From the NCBI GenBank assembly GCA_964016885.1, contig OZ024740.1, forward strand, positions 371,628,001 to 371,692,000: a stretch of DNA of 64,000 bases. Direction: 5' to 3'. Shown here piece after piece: positions 1 to 14,597 of this stretch. The stretch is from Eledone cirrhosa (taxonomy: Eukaryota). Under the pieces are notes generated by a model. That model was given only the letters and a program-made list of their open reading frames with translations, had not been told where the DNA came from and ran no database searches. A program made the position numbers and the translations under genes. The stretch's first letter is position 1, and the number at the start of each line of letters is the position of its first letter.

Positions 1-3000
1 TATATTCCATCTTTCATTTTATTCCACTTTTCACTATATTCCATCTTTCACTATATTCCATCTTTCACTATATTCCATCTTTCATTATATTCCATCTTTC
101 ACTATATTCCATCTTTCACTATATTCCATCTTTCACTATATTCCATCTTTCACTATATTTCATCTTTCACTATATTCCATCTTTCACTATATTCCATCTT
201 TCACTATATTCCATAATTCATTATATTCCACCTTTCACTATATTCCATCTTTCACTATATTCCATCTTTCACTATATTCCATCTTTCACTATATTCCATC
301 ATTCACTATATTCCAACTTTCACTATATTCCATCATTCACTATATTCCATCTTTCACTATATTCCATAATTCATTATATTCCATCTTTCACTATATTCCA
401 TCTTTCACTATATTCCATCATTCATTATTTACCATCATTCAAGGGCGGTGGATTGGCAGTATCGGTAGAGGGTCGGACGCCATGCTTTCCAGCATAGTTA
501 CGTCCCTTTACGATCTGAGTTCAAATCCCGCCGAGGTTGACTTTGCCTTTCATCCTTACGGGGTCGATAAAATAAAGTACCAGTAATGCACTGGGTAATT
601 GCTGGCCTTGTGCCTAAAGTAGAAACAATTATTTACCATCATTCACTATATTCCATCATTCATTATATTCCATCTTTCACTATATTCCATCTTTCACTGT
701 ATTCCATAATTCATTATATTCCATCTTTCACTATATTCCATCATTCACTATATTCCATCTTTCATTATATTCCACTTTTCACTATATTCCATCTTTCACT
801 ATATTCCATCTTTCACTATATTCCATCTTTCATTATATTCCATCTTTCACTATATTCCATCTTTCACTATATTCCATCTTTCACTATATTCCATCTTTCA
901 CTATATTTCATCTTTCACTATATTCCATCTTTCACTATATTCCATCTTTCACTATATTCCATAATTCATTATATTCCATCTTTCACTATATTCCATCTTT
1001 CACTATATTCCATCTTTCACTATATTCCATCTTTCACTATATTCCATCTTTCACTATATTCCATAATTCATTATATTCCATCTTTCACTATATTTCATCT
1101 TTCACTATATTCCATCTTTCACTATATTCCATCTTTCACTATATTCCATCATTCACTATATTCCATCTTTCACTATATTCCATCTTTCACTATATTCCAT
1201 CATTCACTATATTCCATCTTTCACTATATTCCATCTTTCACTATATTCCATCTTTCACTATATTCCATCATTCACTATATTCCATCTTTCACTATATTCC
1301 ATCATTCACTATATTCCATCTTTCACTCTATTCCATCTTTCACTATATTCCATCTTTCACTATATTCCATCTTTCACTATATTCCATCTTTCACTATATT
1401 CCATAATTCATTATATTCCATCATTCACTATATTCCATCTTTCACTATATTCCATCTTTCACTATATTCCATAATTCATTATATTCCATCTTTCACTATA
1501 TTTCATCTTTCACTATATTCCATCTTTCACTATATTCCATCTTTCACTATATTCCATCTTTCACTATATTCCATCTTTCACTATATTCCATCTTTCACTA
1601 TATTCCATCTTTCACTATATTCCATCTTTCACTATATTCCATCTTTCACTATATTCCATAATTCATTATATTCCATCTTTCACTATATTTCATCTTTCAC
1701 TATATTCCATCTTTCACTATATTCCATCTTTCACTATATTCCATCATTCACTATATTCCATCTTTCACTATATTCCATCTTTCACCATATTCCATAATTC
1801 ATTATATTCCATCTTTCACTATATTCCATCTTTCACTATATTCCATCTTTCACTGTATTCCATAATTCATTATATTCCATCTTTCACTATATTCCATCAT
1901 TCACTATATTCCATCTTTCATTATATTCCACTTTTCACTATATTCCATCTTTCACTATATTCCATCTTTCACTATATTGCATCTTTCATTATATTCCATC
2001 TTTCACTATATTCCATCATTCACTATATTCCATCTTTCACTATATTCCATCTTTCACTATATTCCATCTTTCACTATATTCCATCTTTCACTATATTCCA
2101 TCTTTCACTATATTCCATCTTTCACTATATTCCATCTTTCACTATATTCCATAATTCATTATATTCTATCTTTCACTATATTTCATCTTTCACTATATTC
2201 CATCTTTCACTATATTCCATCTTTCACTATATTCCATCATTCACTATATTCCATCTTTCACTATATTCCATCTTTCACTCTATTCCATAATTCATTATAT
2301 TCCATCTTTCACTATATTCCATCTTTCACTATATTCCATCTTTCACTGTATTCCATAATTCATTATATTCCATCTTTCACTATATTCCATCATTCACTAT
2401 ATTCCATCTTTCATTATATTCCACTTTTCACTATATTCCATCTTTCACTATATTCCATCTTTCACTATATTCCATCTTTCATTATATTCCATCCTTCACT
2501 ATATTCCATCTTTCACTATATTCCATCTTTCACTATATTCCATCTTTCACTATATTTCATCTTTCACTATATTCCATCTTTCACTATATTCCATCTTTCA
2601 CTATATTCTATAATTCATTATATTCCACCTTTCACTATATTCCATCTTTCACTATATTCCATCTTTCACTATATTCCATATTTCACTATATTCCATCATT
2701 CACTATATTCCATCTTTCACTCTATTCCATCTTTCACTATATTCCATCTTTCACTATATTCCATCTTTCACTATATTCCATCTTTCACTATATTCCATAA
2801 TTCATTATATTCCACCTTTCACTATATTCCATCTTTCACTATATTCCATCTTTCACTATATTTCATCTTTCACTATATTCCATCATTCACTATATTCCAT
2901 CTTTTACTATATTCCATCTTTCACTATATTCCATCATTCACTATATTCCATCTTTCACTATATTCCATCTTTCACTATATTCCATCTTTCACTATATTCC

Positions 3001-6000
3001 ATCTTTCACTATATTCCATCTTTCACTACATTCCATCTTTCACTATATTCCATCTTTTACTATATTCCATCTTTCATTATATTCCAACTTTCACTATATT
3101 CCATCTTTCACTATATTCCATCTTTCATTATATTGCATCTTTCACTATATTCCATCTTTCATTATATTCCATCTTTCATTATATTCCATCTTTCACTATA
3201 TCCCATCTTTCAATATATTCCATCTTTCACTATATTCTATCTTTCACTATATTCCATCATTCACTATATTCCATCATTCACTATATTCCATCATTCATTA
3301 TATTCCAACTTTCACTATATTCCATCATTCACTATATTCCATAATTCATTATATTCCATCTTTCACTATATTCCATCTTTCACTATATTCCATCATTCAT
3401 TATTTACCATCATTCACTATATTCCATCATTCATTATATTCCATCTTTCACTATATTCCATCTTTCACTATATTTCATCTTTCACTATATTCCATCTTTC
3501 ATTATATTCCATAATTCATTATATTCCATCTTTCACTATATTCCATGTTTCACTATATTCCATATTTCATTATATTCCATCTTTCACTATATTCCATCTT
3601 TCATTATATTCCATAATTCAATGTAGTCCATCTTTCACTATATTCCATCTTTCATTATATTCCATCTTTCACTATATTCCATCTTTCACTATATTCCATC
3701 TTTCACTATATTCCATCTTTCACTATATTCCATCTTTCATTATATTCCATAATCCATTATATTCCATCTTTCACGATATTCCATCTTTCATTATATTCCA
3801 TCTTTCACTATATTTCATCTTTCACTATATTCCGTCTTTCACTATATTCCATATTTCACTCTATTCCATCTTTCACTATATTCCATCTTTCACTATATTC
3901 CATCTTTCATTATATTCCATCTTTAACTATATTCCATCTTTCACTATATTCCATCTTTCACTATATTCCATCTTTCATTATATTCCATCTTTCACTATAT
4001 TCCATCTTTTATTATATTCCATAATTCAATATAGTCCATCTTTCACTATATTCCATCCTTCACTATATTCCATCTTTCACTATATTCCATCATTCACTAT
4101 ATTCCATCTCTCACTATATTCCATCTTTCACTATATTCCATAATTCATTATATTCCATCTTTCACTATATTTCATCTTTCACTATATTCCATCTTTCACT
4201 ATATTCCATAATTCATTATATTCCATCTTTCACTATATTTCATCTTTCACTATATTCCATCTTTCACTATATTCCATCTTTCACTATATTCCATCATTCA
4301 CTATATTCCATCTTTCACTATATTCCATCTTTCACTCTATTCCATAATTCATTATATTCCATCTTTCACTATATTCCATCTTTCACTGTATTCCATAATT
4401 CATTATATTCCATCTTTCACTATATTCCATCATTCACTATATTCCATCTTTCATTATATTCCACTTTTCACTATATTCCATCTTTCACTATATTCCATCT
4501 TTCACTATATTCCATCTTTCATTATATTCCATCCTTCACTATATTCCATCTTTCACTATATTCCATCTTTCACTATATTCCATCTTTCACTATATTTCAT
4601 CTTTCACTATATTCCATCTTTCACTATATTCCATCTTTCACTATATTCTATAATTCATTATATTCCACCTTTCACTATATTCCATCTTTCACTATATTCC
4701 ATCTTTCACTATATTCCATATTTCACTATATTCCATCATTCACTATATTCCATCTTTCACTCTATTCCATCTTTCACTATATTCCATCTTTCACTATATT
4801 CCATCTTTCACTATATTCCATCTTTCACTATATTCCATAATTCATTATATTCCACCTTTCACTATATTCCATCTTTCACTATATTCCATCTTTCACTATA
4901 TTTCATCTTTCACTATATTCCATCATTCACTATATTCCATCTTTTACTATATTCCATCTTTCACTATATTCCATCATTCACTATATTCCATCTTTCACTA
5001 TATTCCATCTTTCACTATATTCCATCTTTCACTATATTCCATCTTTCACTATATTCCATCTTTCACTACATTCCATCTTTCACTATATTCCATCTTTCAC
5101 TATATTCCATCTTTCATTATATTCCAACTTTCACTATATTCCATCTTTCACTATATTCCATCTTTCATTATATTGCATCTTTCACTATATTCCATCTTTC
5201 ATTATATTCCATCTTTCATTATATTCCATCTTTCACTATATCCCATCTTTCAATATATTCCATCTTTCACTATATTCTATCTTTCACTATATTCCATCAT
5301 TCACTATATTCCATCATTCACTATATTCCATCATTCATTATATTCCAACTTTCACTATATTCCATCTTTCACTATATTCCATCATTCATTATTTACCATC
5401 ATTCACTATATTCCATCATTCATTATATTCCATCTTTCACTATATTCCATCTTTCACTATATTTCATCTTTCACTATATTCCATCTTTCATTATATTCCA
5501 TAATTCATTATATTCCATCTTTCACTATATTCCATGTTTCACTATATTCCATCTTTCATTATATTCCATCTTTCACTATATTCCATCTTTCATTATATTC
5601 CATAATTCAATGTAGTCCATCTTTCACTATATTCCATCTTTCATTATATTCCATCTTTCACTATATTCCATCTTTCACTATATTCCATCTTTCACTATAT
5701 TCCATCTTTCACTATATTCCATCTTTCATTATATTCCATAATCCATTATATTCCATCTTTCACGATATTCCATCTTTCATTATATTCCATCTTTCACTAT
5801 ATTTCATCTTTCACCCTATTCCGTCTTTCACTATATTCCATATTTCACTATATTCCATCTTTCACTATATTCCATCTTTCACTATATTCCATCTTTCACT
5901 ATATTCCATCTTTCATTATATTCCATCTTTCACTATATTCCATCTTTTATTATATTCCATAATTCAATATAGTCCATCTTTCACTATATTCCATCCTTCA

Positions 6001-9000
6001 CTATATTCCATCTTTCACTATATTCCATCATTCACTATATTCCATCTTTCACTATATTCCATCTTTCACTATATTCCATAATTCATTATATTCCATCTTT
6101 CACTATATTTCATCTTTCACTATATTCCATCTTTCACTATATTCCATCTTTCACTATATTCCATCATTCACTATATTCCATCTTTCACTATATTCCATCT
6201 TTCACTATATTCCATAATTCATTATATTCCATCTTTCACTATATTCCATCTTTCACTATATTCCATCTTTCACTGTATTCCATAATTCATTATATTCCAT
6301 CTTTCACTATATTCCATCATTCACTATATTCCATCTTTCATTATATTCCACTTTTCACTATATTCCATCTTTCACTATATTCCATCTTTCACTATATTCC
6401 ATCTTTCATTATATTCCATCTTTCACTATATTCCATCTTTCACTATATTCCATCTTTCACTATATTCCATCTTTCACTATATTTCATCTTTCACTATATT
6501 CCATCTTTCACTATATTCCATCTTTCACTATATTCCATAATTCATTATATTCCACCTTTCACTATATTCCATCTTTCACTATATTCCATCTTTCACTATA
6601 TTCCATCTTTCACTATATTCCATCATTCACTATATTCCATCTTTCACTCTATTCCATCTTTCACTATATTCCATCTTTCACTATATTCCATCTTTCACTA
6701 TATTCCATCTTTCACTATATTCCATAATTCATTATATTCCACCTTTCACTATATTCCATCTTTCACTATATTCCATCTTTCACTATATTCCATCTTTCAC
6801 TCTATTCCATCTTTCACTATATTCCATCTTTCACTATATTCCATCTTTCACTATATTCCATCTTTCACTATATTCCATAATTCATTATATTCCACCTTTC
6901 ACTATATTCCATCTTTCACTATATTCCATCTTTCACTATATTCCATCATTCACTATATTCCATCTTTCAATATATTCCATCTTTCACTATATTCCATCTT
7001 TCACTATATTCCATCTTTCACTATATTCCATCTTTCACTATATTCCATCTTTCACTATATTCCATCTTTCACTATATTCCATCTTTCATTATATTCCAAC
7101 TTTCACTATATTCCATCTTTCACTATATTCCATCTTTCATTATATTGCATCTTTCACTATATTCCATCTTTCATTATATTCCATCTTTCATTATATTCCA
7201 TCTTTCACTATATCCCATCTTTCAATATATTCCATCTTTCACTATATTCCATCTTTCACTATATTCCATCTTTCACTATATTCCATCTTTCATTATATTC
7301 CAACTTTCACTATATTCCATCTTTCACTATATTCCATCTTTCATTATATTGCATCTTTCACTATATTCCATCTTTCATTATATTCCATCTTTCATTATAT
7401 TCCATCTTTCACTATATCCCATCTTTCAATATATTCCATCATTCACTATATCCCATCATTCACTATATTCCATCATTCATTATATTCCAACTTTCACTAT
7501 ATTCCATCATTCACTATATTCCATCTTTCACTATATTCCATAATTCATTATATTCCATCTTTCACTATATTCCATCTTTCACTATATTCCATCATTCATT
7601 ATTTACCATCATTCACTATATTCCATCATTCATTATATTCCATCTTTCACTATATTCCATCTTTCACTATATTTCATCTTTCACTATATTCCATCTTTCA
7701 TTATATTCCATCTTTCACTATATTCCATCTTTCATTATATTCCATAGTTCATTATATTCCATCTTTCACTATATTCCATCTTTCACTATATTCCATCTTT
7801 CATTATATTCCATCTTTCACTATATTCCATCTTTCATTATATTCCATAATTCAATATAGTCCATCTTTCACTATATTCCATCTTTCATTATATTCCATCT
7901 TTCACTATATTCCATCTTTCACTATATTCCATCTTTCACTATATTCCATCTTTCACTATATTCCATCTTTCATTATATTCCATAATCCATTATATTCCAT
8001 CTTTCACGATATTCCATCTTTCATTATATTCCATCTTTCACTATATTCCATCTTTCACTATATTCCATCTTTCACTATATTCCATATTTCACTATATTCC
8101 ATCTTTCACTATATTCCATCTTTCACTATATTCCATCTTTCATTATATTCCATCTTTAACTATATTCCATCTTTCACTATATTCCATCTTTCACTATATT
8201 CCATCTTTCATTATATTCCATCTTTCACTATATTCCATCTTTCACTATATTCCATCTTTCACTATATTCCATAATTCATTATATTCCATCTTTCACTATA
8301 TTTCATCTTTCACTATATTCCATCTTTCACTATATTCCATCATTCACTATATTCCATCTTTCACTATATTCCATCTTTCACTATATTCCATAATTCATTA
8401 TATTCCATCTTTCACTATATTTCATCTTTCACTATATTCCATCTTTCACTATATTCCATCTTTCACTATATTCCATCATTCACTATATTCCATCTTTCAC
8501 TATATTCCATCTTTCACTATATTCCATAATTCATTATATTCCATCTTTCACTATATTCCATCTTTCACTATATTCCATCTTTCACTGTATTCCATAATTC
8601 ATTATATTCCATCTTTCACTATATTCCATCATTCACTATATTCCATCTTTCATTATATTCCACTTTTCACTATATTCCATCTTTCACTATATTCCATCTT
8701 TCACTATATTCCATCTTTCATTATATTCCATCTTTCACTATATTCCATCTTTCACTATATTCCATCTTTCACTATATTCCATCTTTCACTATATTTCATC
8801 TTTCACTATATTCCATCTTTCACTATATTCCATCTTTCACTATATTCCATAATTCATTATATTCCACCTTTCACTATATTCCATCTTTCACTATATTCCA
8901 TCTTTCACTATATTCCATCTTTCACTATATTCCATCATTCACTATATTCCATCTTTCACTCTATTCCATCTTTCACTATATTCCATCTTTCACTATATTC

Positions 9001-10838
9001 CATCTTTCACTATATTCCATCTTTCACTATATTCCATAATTCATTATATTCCACCTTTCACTATATTCCATCTTTCACTATATTCCATCTTTCACTATAT
9101 TCCATCTTTCACTCTATTCCATCTTTCACTATATTCCATCTTTCACTATATTCCATCTTTCACTATATTCCATCTTTCACTATATTCCATAATTCATTAT
9201 ATTCCACCTTTCACTATATTCCATCTTTCACTATATTCCATCTTTCACTATATTCCATCATTCACTATATTCCATCTTTCAATATATTCCATCTTTCACT
9301 ATATTCCATCTTTCACTATATTCCATCTTTCACTATATTCCATCTTTCACTATATTCCATCTTTCACTATATTCCATCTTTCACTATATTCCATCTTTCA
9401 TTATATTCCAACTTTCACTATATTCCATCTTTCACTATATTCCATCTTTCATTATATTGCATCTTTCACTATATTCCATCTTTCATTATATTCCATCTTT
9501 CATTATATTCCATCTTTCACTATATCCCATCTTTCAATATATTCCATCTTTCACTATATTCCATCTTTCACTATATTCCATCTTTCACTATATTCCATCT
9601 TTCATTATATTCCAACTTTCACTATATTCCATCTTTCACTATATTCCATCTTTCATTATATTGCATCTTTCACTATATTCCATCTTTCATTATATTCCAT
9701 CTTTCATTATATTCCATCTTTCACTATATCCCATCTTTCAATATATTCCATCATTCACTATATCCCATCATTCACTATATTCCATCATTCATTATATTCC
9801 AACTTTCACTATATTCCATCATTCACTATATTCCATCTTTCACTATATTCCATAATTCATTATATTCCATCTTTCACTATATTCCCTCTTTCACTATATT
9901 CCATCATTCATTATTTACCATCATTCACTATATTCCATCATTCATTATATTCCATCTTTCACTATATTCCATCTTTCACTATATTTCATCTTTCACTATA
10001 TTCCATCTTTCATTATATTCCATCTTTCACTATATTCCATCTTTCATTATATTCCATAGTTCATTATATTCCATCTTTCACTATATTCCATCTTTCACTA
10101 TATTCCATCTTTCATTATATTCCATCTTTCACTATATTCCATCTTTCATTATATTCCATAATTCAATATAGTCCATCTTTCACTATATTCCATCTTTCAT
10201 TATATTCCATCTTTCACTATATTCCATCTTTCACTATATTCCATCTTTCACTATATTCCATCTTTCACTATATTCCATCTTTCATTATATTCCATAATCC
10301 ATTATATTCCATCTTTCACGATATTCCATCTTTCATTATATTCCATCTTTCACTATATTCCATCTTTCACTATATTCCATCTTTCACTATATTCCATATT
10401 TCACTATATTCCATCTTTCACTATATTCCATCTTTCACTATATTCCATCTTTCATTATATTCCATCTTTAACTATATTCCATCTTTCACTATATTCCATC
10501 TTTCACTATATTCCATCTTTCATTATATTCCATCTTTCACTATATTCCATCTTTCACTATATTCTATCTTTCACTATATTCCATAATTCACTATATTCCA
10601 TAATTCACTATATTCCATCTTTCACTATATTCCATCTTTCACTATATTCCATCATTTATTATATTCCATCTTTCTCTATATTCCATCATTCACTATATTC
10701 CATCATTCACTATATTCCAATCATTCATTATATTCCATCTTTCACTATATTCCATCTTTCACTATATTCCATCTTTCACTATATTCCATCATTCATTATA
10801 TTCCATCTTTCACTATATTCCATCTTTCACTATATTCC
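1..10838. repeat. 17-bp tandem satellite (consensus CACTATATTCCATCTTT), begins before the window
   Basis: Hundreds of near-identical 17-mers with recurrent variants (CATAATTCATT, CATCATTCAC, ATTATTTACC). The + strand is almost G-free. The long ORFs here are translations of the repeat. Confidence 0.98.
442..627 (+). mobile_element. tRNA-derived SINE inserted in the satellite with an 18-bp TSD
   Basis: A-box-like TGGCAGTATCGG and B-box GAGTTCAAATCC. Core GCCTTTCATCCTTACGGGGTCGATAAAATAAAGTACCAG is Nin/Deu-domain-like and resembles octopus OR SINEs (from memory). TSD ATTATTTACCATCATTCA at 424-441 and 628-645. Confidence 0.92.
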
Positions 10839-11056
10839 AAGGAATTCATTTTTGTTCCAGTCAATATATTTTTGTGGTTATTCAGCCATATATTTATTTG
10901 TTGCACCTCATATTGTTGATTCCGTATTCCATTTGCTCTGCACATTGGCGATTTGAGTGAATATGGAATACAACTCTGCTGCCTAGTTTTCTAACACCAA
11001 TAACCAGTGGCGGACTGGCCAGGTTGCCAGGTTACCCAATGGCAAGTGGGCCCAAG

Positions 11057-11893
11057 GGGTAAATACTCTATTGGTCTCTCCGCGACGAGGCCGCTTTCGG
11101 TTATTTATCAAATATTTCTTCATAGGAACCTTTATTCTTATAGCCTTGTCTAATTGATTTTTTATATGGTTAATTATGCTAATTGGGAGAGGAAATGGTA
11201 TATATTTTATCTAATAATTCTAAGGACATGACTTATGATATATTGCTCTGAATATTTAATTTATTAATTCTTCATTGAGCCACAACGTGACCGGTTGCCA
11301 CATATATATCTATGACTTTATGTATATGTAAATCTTTATATTTAATAATCTCCCGTTGGGTTGAGATGCAATTGGGCGATATTGGGCTGCGCTTTCTAGC
11401 AAGCATCCTACCCGCCATAAGCAACTAATCACATTCTTTCTAACTTGACCACTGCCACGTCACGATTCTTAGCCATTTTTGAATCTATTTTTAGCGCGAT
11501 TGCTTTGGAAAAATTAACTGTCCAACAGAGTTTGTCTCCTGATGAGTCTGTTACTCTAGGTTTATCCTTAACAGTAGGATATCTAAAAATACGGACGAAA
11601 CCATGGTAGAGATGTAATTACGGTATGTACACGTTTCTTCAAAGTTTGAATTTACACCTAATTGTGTATGGTTGACGGTATATTTAGTCAGTTTCTACAT
11701 TCTGTTGAAATGTTGGGTAAATACTCTATTGGGGTCACCGCGAAGAGGCCGCTTTCGGTTATTTATCAAATATTTCTTCATAGGAGCCTTAATTCTTATA
11801 GCCTAGTCTAATTGGTTTTTTATATGGTTAATTATGCTAATTGGGAGAGGAAATGGTATATATTTTATCTAATAATTCTAAGGACATGATTTA

Positions 11894-11900
<7 letters not shown>
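11057..11900 (+). mobile_element. Non-autonomous PLE pseudo-LTR / retrozyme-like unit: ~180-bp direct repeats around a hammerhead ribozyme
   Basis: GGGTAAATACTCTATTGG...GGACATGA is repeated at ~11057-11240 and ~11716-11900 (period ~659 bp). A hammerhead lies between them and the unit ends in (AT)n. Confidence 0.7.
11535..11612 (+). ncRNA. Minimal type I hammerhead ribozyme
   Basis: TCTC-CTGATGA-GTCTGT...ACGGAC-GAAA-CCATGG-TA-GAGA: stem I TCTC/GAGA, intact core, stem II GTCTGT/ACGGAC with a long loop, palindromic stem III, GUA cleavage site. Confidence 0.82.
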
Positions 11901-11954
<54 letters not shown>

Positions 11955-12749
11955 AAAGAACACAAGAGCGTCTACAACATCAAAAGATTTTTATTGGCTT
12001 ACAATGTTTCTTCCTTATATAGCCGTAGGATTCTTCAGAGCTATATGATTGGTGTTATGGACTCTACCAACCAAACATTCAAGAACAAAGAATTTAGGGA
12101 GTAAAGAGCAAAAGCAGGGGACGATAAGTCTAATTTTGGTGCGGGAGGGTGGGGTGTGGGTCCTTGTTTACTAGCTGTGGTCATATTCATTCCCGGGAGT
12201 CGAGTGGTTAGTGGAGCCATAGATGGGGTTGCGTCGATAGTAGGGTGCAGAGGGTGTGCAGAAGCTACACACACACAAAGGGCATACAATATATATATAA
12301 CGGAGGAGAAAGTATATGAGGTAATTAGAAATGGGATAAGAGTAATATAATCTATAATTAATAATGTATAATAAGGCATGGGGAAGATTACACTATAATA
12401 AGGTATAAAAGTAAGAATAAGGTAAAATATAAAGGAGGATAAGAGTGAAAATAAGAATAAAGATTAAAAAAAAATATATATATATATATATAAAAAATAT
12501 ATAGAGAATATATAAAAAAATATAAGCAAGTATTAGAAGGGAAAAATACAATGTAAAAAAACCGATTTTGTCAAGTAAAAATATTATAAATATGGGGGGA
12601 GAAAACGGGATAGAGAAATATAATCAAATGTGATTAGTTGAGAGAATATAAGATGATAATAGTTATGTCAAGTTTATACATCTTAATAATAGATAATCTG
12701 TATATCAGAGTTACACATCCTTCAATTCACTTGCAAGTTCAACCCACGT

Positions 12750-13130
12750 GGCATGGTCCATTGCTCATCTGTGCGGTCGTGTGCGTTTGTGTTTGACAAC
12801 ACAGCAGATGTACAAGTTCGTAAATTTCAATGCAGATAGAAATCTATTTTTGCTCACCCAGACATTGACGGAGGATCCAATATTCCTAGTTCATTGCCGA
12901 CCCAATATGTGTGTGGTGTTATTTTGGTCGCACAAATCAATCACTTGGTTCAATATTATGGAGTATGGTTTTCAGGTTGTATATCTCGAAATCACAAGGA
13001 TCACAGTACTCCGGTTTGGTGTGATTATCGGTCATCCAACTATGTTGTCGGTGGTTGGATTCAATTCTATTGCCCAGAACGTAGAACTTTGGTGTTGATT
13101 GAACATTAACGAGGCAGAGTGAGATCGCAT
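12750..13130 (-). pseudogene. Highly degraded Penelope-like RT relic
   Basis: Minus-strand fragments TPKFYVLG, VG*PIIT (GRPII-like) and FTNLY resemble PLE RT motifs; multiple stops and frameshifts. Confidence 0.4.
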
Positions 13131-13793
13131 CTGTGGTACAAAACGGTACGCAAGGAAATTTTTCGTCTTCGTTTCATAAGGGGCTAGCAGTCACGTGCAA
13201 GAACCGCTACGTAGTAATTGTGAGGGTAAGCGGTCAAGATAGTAACTGACCGAAAATTTTCTTGGGAATTCAGACAGGCATGACAGGTACATTTAGGTCA
13301 GCAGTTTCTTCATGTGTACGTGTGTCCGATACACACAGACACATATTTATATGTATTTCAACTCAAAATTATATCTCTGTTGCTCCGATGTGCATGTTGT
13401 GATGTTCAGGTCGTGTTTACCATTCACTGTGTTTTGCCATTACCTTGGAATGTGATGTTATGGTCATCAATAGTCCGGCAAGCGCATTCCTCTCTTATAT
13501 TGTGGAGAATGGTGTTCTGGTCCTCAGTAAATATTTGGGTCAGCAGGAGGGGTGGTGGTTCTCAGTTTCAACTGCGACAATACATATGTGTTACTCTACA
13601 TATCGTGCTCCTCTCAAAGAAGAGTATTATAGGAGGAATTCATGCCAAATACCACATATAGAGAATACTTCTACAGAAAAAATATATATACATACACACA
13701 TATACACATATCATACACACGCATACACGTATACACACATATACATACATATATATGTACATATCATATATACACACACATACAATATACATG

Positions 13794-13852
<59 letters not shown>

Positions 13853-14122
13853 ATACATGTATACAATATACACACATATGCATGCATGCATGTACACATG
13901 CACACACATATACATACATATGTGTGTGTGTATGTGTGTGTGTGTGAGAGAAAAGGAGAATACACACACACACACACACACACACAGACACAAACACCAA
14001 CCTTGTAGGGGACTGTTCCACCCATAGGCTACCTATCTATCTGGGTTATGGGTTGGGGGGGGGGGGAAGTTATAGTCAAGGAGGGGTACGTCTAGGTGGG
14101 GGTTGCGTAATATATGTTACGT

Positions 14123-14430
14123 CTATGTGCTAGGTTTAAAATAGAAGAAGGAACTCAGGATTTTGTGTTGGCAAGAGGAGACAATTTCCGATTTCCTGTT
14201 AAGCAGGTTCAGTTTAGAGTGTATTATGGCATGGCATTCTAGTAAACACAGGTCACAACTCCCGCTCTGCGGTCGGTATGGCGTGGATCTAGTAAGCTTC
14301 CTCCAAAAAAGTTTGTATGGGGTATTATTATTTTTTAAAAAGGAGATGTATCCCGCCAGTGAGGTGGCATTCTTATGTTTATCGTGTCTAAATGTGCACA
14401 TATGCGCGTTATATCTCGTTTTAAATATAT
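14123..14430 (-). pseudogene. C-terminal half of a PLE GIY-YIG endonuclease
   Basis: TSLAGYISFLK...W...CDLCLLECHAII...LLNRKSEIVSSCQH aligns with the ends of the PLE ORFs at ~26.4 kb and ~29.5 kb. Confidence 0.8.
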
Positions 14431-14502
14431 ATACTGAAGTAAAAGTTAAATGGAAATATCCAAGAGTAAGAGCACTCAGTCCATAGGACGAGTTTAGTAT
14501 AA

Positions 14503-14597
14503 ATAATTATAGCAGTGACATAAACAGGTACTCAAGTTTCATTGGATTCTGGACCCCAAATTCTTCGAGTACCTGTTTATATCACTGTTTTAATTAT
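14503..14597. repeat. Imperfect inverted repeat (~30-bp arms)
   Basis: ATAATTATAGCAGTGACATAAACAGGTACTC pairs with GAGTACCTGTTTATATCACTGTTTTAATTAT. Confidence 0.8.

Noticed and set aside
586-9855. Long ORFs (up to 455 aa) of IFHLSLYS/IFHYIPSFT repeats
   Set aside because: They are translations of a 17-bp satellite whose consensus has no stop codon on the + strand; there is no evidence of coding.
1-10838. CRISPR-like array
   Set aside because: Contiguous tandem monomers with no unique spacers, no cas genes, and a eukaryotic context.
11005-11056. CAGTGGCGGA hAT-like terminus
   Set aside because: No matching second TIR or TSD was found.
11950-12104. SRRILQSYMIG...N resembling a PLE endonuclease C-terminus
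   Set aside because: Too short and degenerate to support a call.
13445-14027. Overlapping ORFs rich in YI/HT/CV (also at 17.3-17.8, 26.8, 31.4 and 60.3-60.7 kb)
   Set aside because: Translations of (AT)n, (CA)n and (TATG)n microsatellites.
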